Positions 61,601 through 64,000 of a stretch of 64,000 bases of DNA are shown piece by piece. Location: NCBI GenBank assembly GCA_963843145.1, contig CAWJJC010000023.1:82700-146699 (forward strand), read 5' to 3'. Below the pieces are notes generated by a model, which did not search any database, was not told the DNA's origin, and was given only the letters and a program-made list of their open reading frames with translations. Position 1 is the stretch's first letter; each line of letters begins with the position of its first letter. Source of the stretch: an uncultured delta proteobacterium (GTDB lineage: Bacteria; Desulfobacterota; RBG-13-43-22). A program made the position numbers and the translations under genes.

Positions 61601-62257
61601 TTAGGATATCTTCTCCTTGACGTTAATATCCTGCACGCTTTTGGCGACCGATTCGAATAAATCGGAAGCTTTTTCAATGTGGTTGGTCATGGTCTTTTGC
61701 AAATCTCTTTTCAACTTCAGGAGGGCCTCTCGTTTCCTTTTGTCAATTTTTACATTGGGCTTATAAAAAAGATCATGCTCAATTTCGGACCAAGCGTGAT
61801 ACAAGGCGGAAGTCAATTGGATTTCGCATTTCAGCCCTTTAAATCTTTTATATTCACCCAAAATTAATCTTTTTCTGCCGAATTTTGCCCTCACATGGGT
61901 CGCTCGGTAACCCTTTTTCTTATGACGTTCTTCCAACTTAAGTTTCTGGGATGTAAATTCCTTGAATAGGTCGGAGACGAATCTTTTTTTGTCGCTTTCC
62001 AAATAAAAAACAATCCGAATCCCCGCCAGGTCGTCGATGTCACTTAATTTTTTATAATTTTTCCCTTCCTCGTTCTTTTTGGCTATTTTCTCCGTTAGGC
62101 TATCCAAGGACTTTACGCGATAGGAAATTTGGTATTTGTACTTTTTATCCACGAGCAAATAGACCAGGAGGTTTTTCATGGTCACACAAAAATCATGGTA
62201 TAAAGACCACTTCTCCCTATACTCTTCAATTATACTTTGAAAATCGATAGCCTTCAT
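61601..62257 (-). CDS. Small alarmone synthetase (RelA/SpoT synthetase domain only)
   Basis: RVKSLDSLTEK, DLAGIRIV, GYRATH and EIQL...HAWSEIEHD..YK motifs. AT-rich. Confidence 0.88.
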   Translation of the reverse strand: MKAIDFQSIIEEYREKWSLYHDFCVTMKNLLVYLLVDKKYKYQISYRVKSLDSLTEKIAKKNEEGKNYKKLSDIDDLAGIRIVFYLESDKKRFVSDLFKEFTSQKLKLEERHKKKGYRATHVRAKFGRKRLILGEYKRFKGLKCEIQLTSALYHAWSEIEHDLFYKPNVKIDKRKREALLKLKRDLQKTMTNHIEKASDLFESVAKSVQDINVKEKIS

Positions 62258-62392
62258 CTGGTTGCCTTTAGAAATCTCCTCAAGGATGGACCAAGTATAA
62301 AATGGGCCGAATGAGGGGTCAAGGAGTAAAAATAGGGAAGAATGGGGGATCTCAGGGGTTTTGAACCGAATAAGATTCCCAACAAATAGACC

Positions 62393-62420
62393 TTGCCTTC
62401 AACTTCTTTTTTGATAGAAT
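62393..62420 (+). promoter_or_regulatory. Sigma70 extended -10 promoter for the sRNA candidate
   Basis: TTGCCT-N16-TAGAAT with TG at the extended -10 position. Confidence 0.55.
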
Positions 62421-62427
62421 TATTCCC

Positions 62428-62546
62428 GGTGAGCATTGACTGCTGGTCCAAATACCGGGATTGAGACCCTGCCTCGGGGCGTCAGGACCTGATCCTGATC
62501 ATCAGGAGCGCCATCTCATTTGCAGCGATGCTCACCACTTTTTTTT
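62428..62546 (+). ncRNA. Unidentified structured small RNA candidate (about 110-120 nt)
   Basis: Terminal stem GGTGAGCATTG(A)CTGC / GCAGCGATGCTCACC, internal hairpins and a trailing T8. The stem begins 7 nt after the -10 box. Confidence 0.5.
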
Positions 62547-62587
62547 GACGCTTCGCCCTTTTGGGTGGGTATCCCCCAGATCTGGTC

Positions 62588-62800
62588 TGGCCGTGGGGTC
62601 TCGGCGAAAGGGTTTCCCAGAGGTACTCCGGACTTTGAATCCGGGCCGAAGTTACTAATTTTATTTAAAGCAGGCCCATACTCAGAGTATTTTGATGCCT
62701 CCTGGGCTGGCCCTGCCTCCTGGAAAATTTGAAAATAAGAGGGCCGGGTTAGAACCTAAAAAGCGATATGGAAAACCCTTTCGCCGAGACCCCACGGCCA
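62588..62800. repeat. 28-bp perfect inverted repeat pair (MITE-like or invertible segment)
   Basis: TGGCCGTGGGGTCTCGGCGAAAGGGTTT (62588-62615) and its reverse complement (62773-62800). Confidence 0.8.
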
Positions 62801-62897
62801 CGGAGGCCCGAATTCAGGTTAATCTGCCCTATATTGTGGCCACCCACTCAAAAGGGCGAACAACCACTTTTTTGACCAGGAGATTGGAGAAAAAAAG

Positions 62898-63701
62898 ATG
62901 AATGGTACCAGCACCTTCCCTTATCTGGACTTACGGGAAGTCAGCTTTGCGCTGAACGGGACCCGGATACTGGATACCGTCTCCTGGAAAGTCGAACCCG
63001 GGGAACACTGGGCTATCCTCGGGCCCAACGGGGCCGGGAAAACGACACTGCTCAAAATAGTCTGCGGCTACCTCTGGCCCAATGCCGGGGGGGCGGTTTA
63101 TCGAAAAGGGGAAACGTTAATCGACTTAAGTCAACTGCGGCGAAGCATCGGCTGGGTGACCTCCACCTTGGCCGACGAAATACCCGTCCGGGAATCGGTG
63201 CTGGACACGGTCGTCTCCGGGAAATATGCCCAGATCGGTCTGCTCGAATACCCGTGGGAACCCATCCCGGCTCAAGTTTATGAAAAAGCGCGGGCTTGCT
63301 TGAAGGATCTGGGCTGCGAAGCCTTGACCTCCCACCCCTTCGGGACCCTCTCTCAGGGCGAGCAGCAGAAGGTCCTGGTCTGCCGGGCTCGGATGACCGA
63401 CCCCTACCTCATTATTCTGGATGAGCCCTGCGCCGGTATGGATCCGGGAGCGCGGGAAGTATTTCTATCCTCCCTTTCAGCCATCCAAAATATCAAGGAG
63501 CTCCCCAGCTTGGTCTATGTCACCCACCATGTGGAAGAGATTTTGCCCCTATTCAAGAAGACTTTACTCCTTAAAAGCGGCCGAATCATCCGCAGCGGAG
63601 TTACGGAGGAGGTGCTTTCCGCATCAACCCTGAAGCAACTCTACGGCGTTTCCCTGCAGTTACTAAAAAAGAAGGGCCGTTACTGGCCCATTCCGGAGTG
63701 A
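62898..63701 (+). CDS. Orphan ABC transporter ATP-binding protein (ModF/YlmA-like)
   Basis: WAILGPNGAGKTT, LSQGEQQ, LDEPCAG and VTHHVEEI motifs. Confidence 0.9.
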   Translation: MNGTSTFPYLDLREVSFALNGTRILDTVSWKVEPGEHWAILGPNGAGKTTLLKIVCGYLWPNAGGAVYRKGETLIDLSQLRRSIGWVTSTLADEIPVRESVLDTVVSGKYAQIGLLEYPWEPIPAQVYEKARACLKDLGCEALTSHPFGTLSQGEQQKVLVCRARMTDPYLIILDEPCAGMDPGAREVFLSSLSAIQNIKELPSLVYVTHHVEEILPLFKKTLLLKSGRIIRSGVTEEVLSASTLKQLYGVSLQLLKKKGRYWPIPE

Positions 63702-64000
63702 CCCAAAGCCTTTCATCTAGGAGGGATCAAGCGAAGTGGATCCATCCTCCTTCTTCGCTTCCTTGCTTCCCCCAAGCAAACCATCCTGAAAGGGAGCGCA
63801 TAGGGAGGTAGTGATAAAAAAACCACCCTGGTCATCGAAGGCCACCCCATTATAATTCCCTTGACAATCGGAAAGGCTGTGCTATCCCTTAGGGCATAGT
63901 TCCGAACCACCTCTGCTCTAATTGACCAGATCTTACGCGGACTAACTATGCGTGATTAGTCACAATGTAAGATTTTCTCTTCTCAAGTATTTATTGAGAT

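Noticed and set aside
62254-62451. 65-aa ORF as a SAS antitoxin
   Set aside because: It overlaps the SAS start but has no recognisable motif or RBS, and it runs across the promoter of the sRNA candidate. Unsupported, though not excluded.
62455-62515. TPP riboswitch
   Set aside because: TGAGA and ACCTGAT are present, but the P4/P5 3' strand (GCGNAGG) is missing and no thiamine gene follows.
62628-62644. tRNA-Gln(TTG)-like anticodon hairpin CCGGA-CTTTGAA-TCCGG
   Set aside because: There is no D arm, T-psi-C arm or acceptor stem around it.

Overview
This looks like a chromosomal window from a GC-rich anaerobic bacterium. Gene content suggests Desulfobacterota/Deltaproteobacteria, which is an inference. 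Many genes carry single-base frameshifts, often at homopolymers, so most split ORFs are treated as one gene and probably reflect assembly error. Contents from left to right: (1) a secreted chagasin(I42)-papain(C1A) fusion protease behind a sigma28-like promoter; (2) a hybrid histidine kinase; (3) SDR/SCP2-thiolase/DUF35 and fabH; (4) a Liv-type ABC transporter with a two-component system; (5) a NitT/TauT ABC transporter with an orphan MSMEG_0568-type radical SAM-GNAT fusion; (6) a tightly coupled candidate defence operon made of a Swt1-HEPN-SNF2 helicase, a sacsin/GHKL ATPase-HNH protein, DarT, DarG and a conserved hypothetical, followed by vapBC and a nest of REP/MITE-like repeats; (7) a FadR-centred divergon. 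Its left arm encodes a ferredoxin, a degenerate AOR-like protein, a BPL-N protein and a multiheme cytochrome/cyt b/NarI/HdrD membrane complex. Its right arm encodes MmsA, GlcD/GlcF-like proteins, a second Liv transporter and a corrinoid methyltransferase module; (8) a cyclophilin, ComEA, an arginase-family protein, a small alarmone synthetase, an unidentified structured sRNA candidate and an ABC ATPase. The two best novelty candidates are the HEPN-SNF2/sacsin-HNH/DarTG operon and the corrinoid reductive activator (RACo), which has a complete GltD/NfnB-like NAD(P)H-flavin-FeS module inserted inside its ASKHA ATPase and sits with two Zn-thiol (UroD-fold) methyltransferases. No rRNA, tRNA or CRISPR array was recognised.
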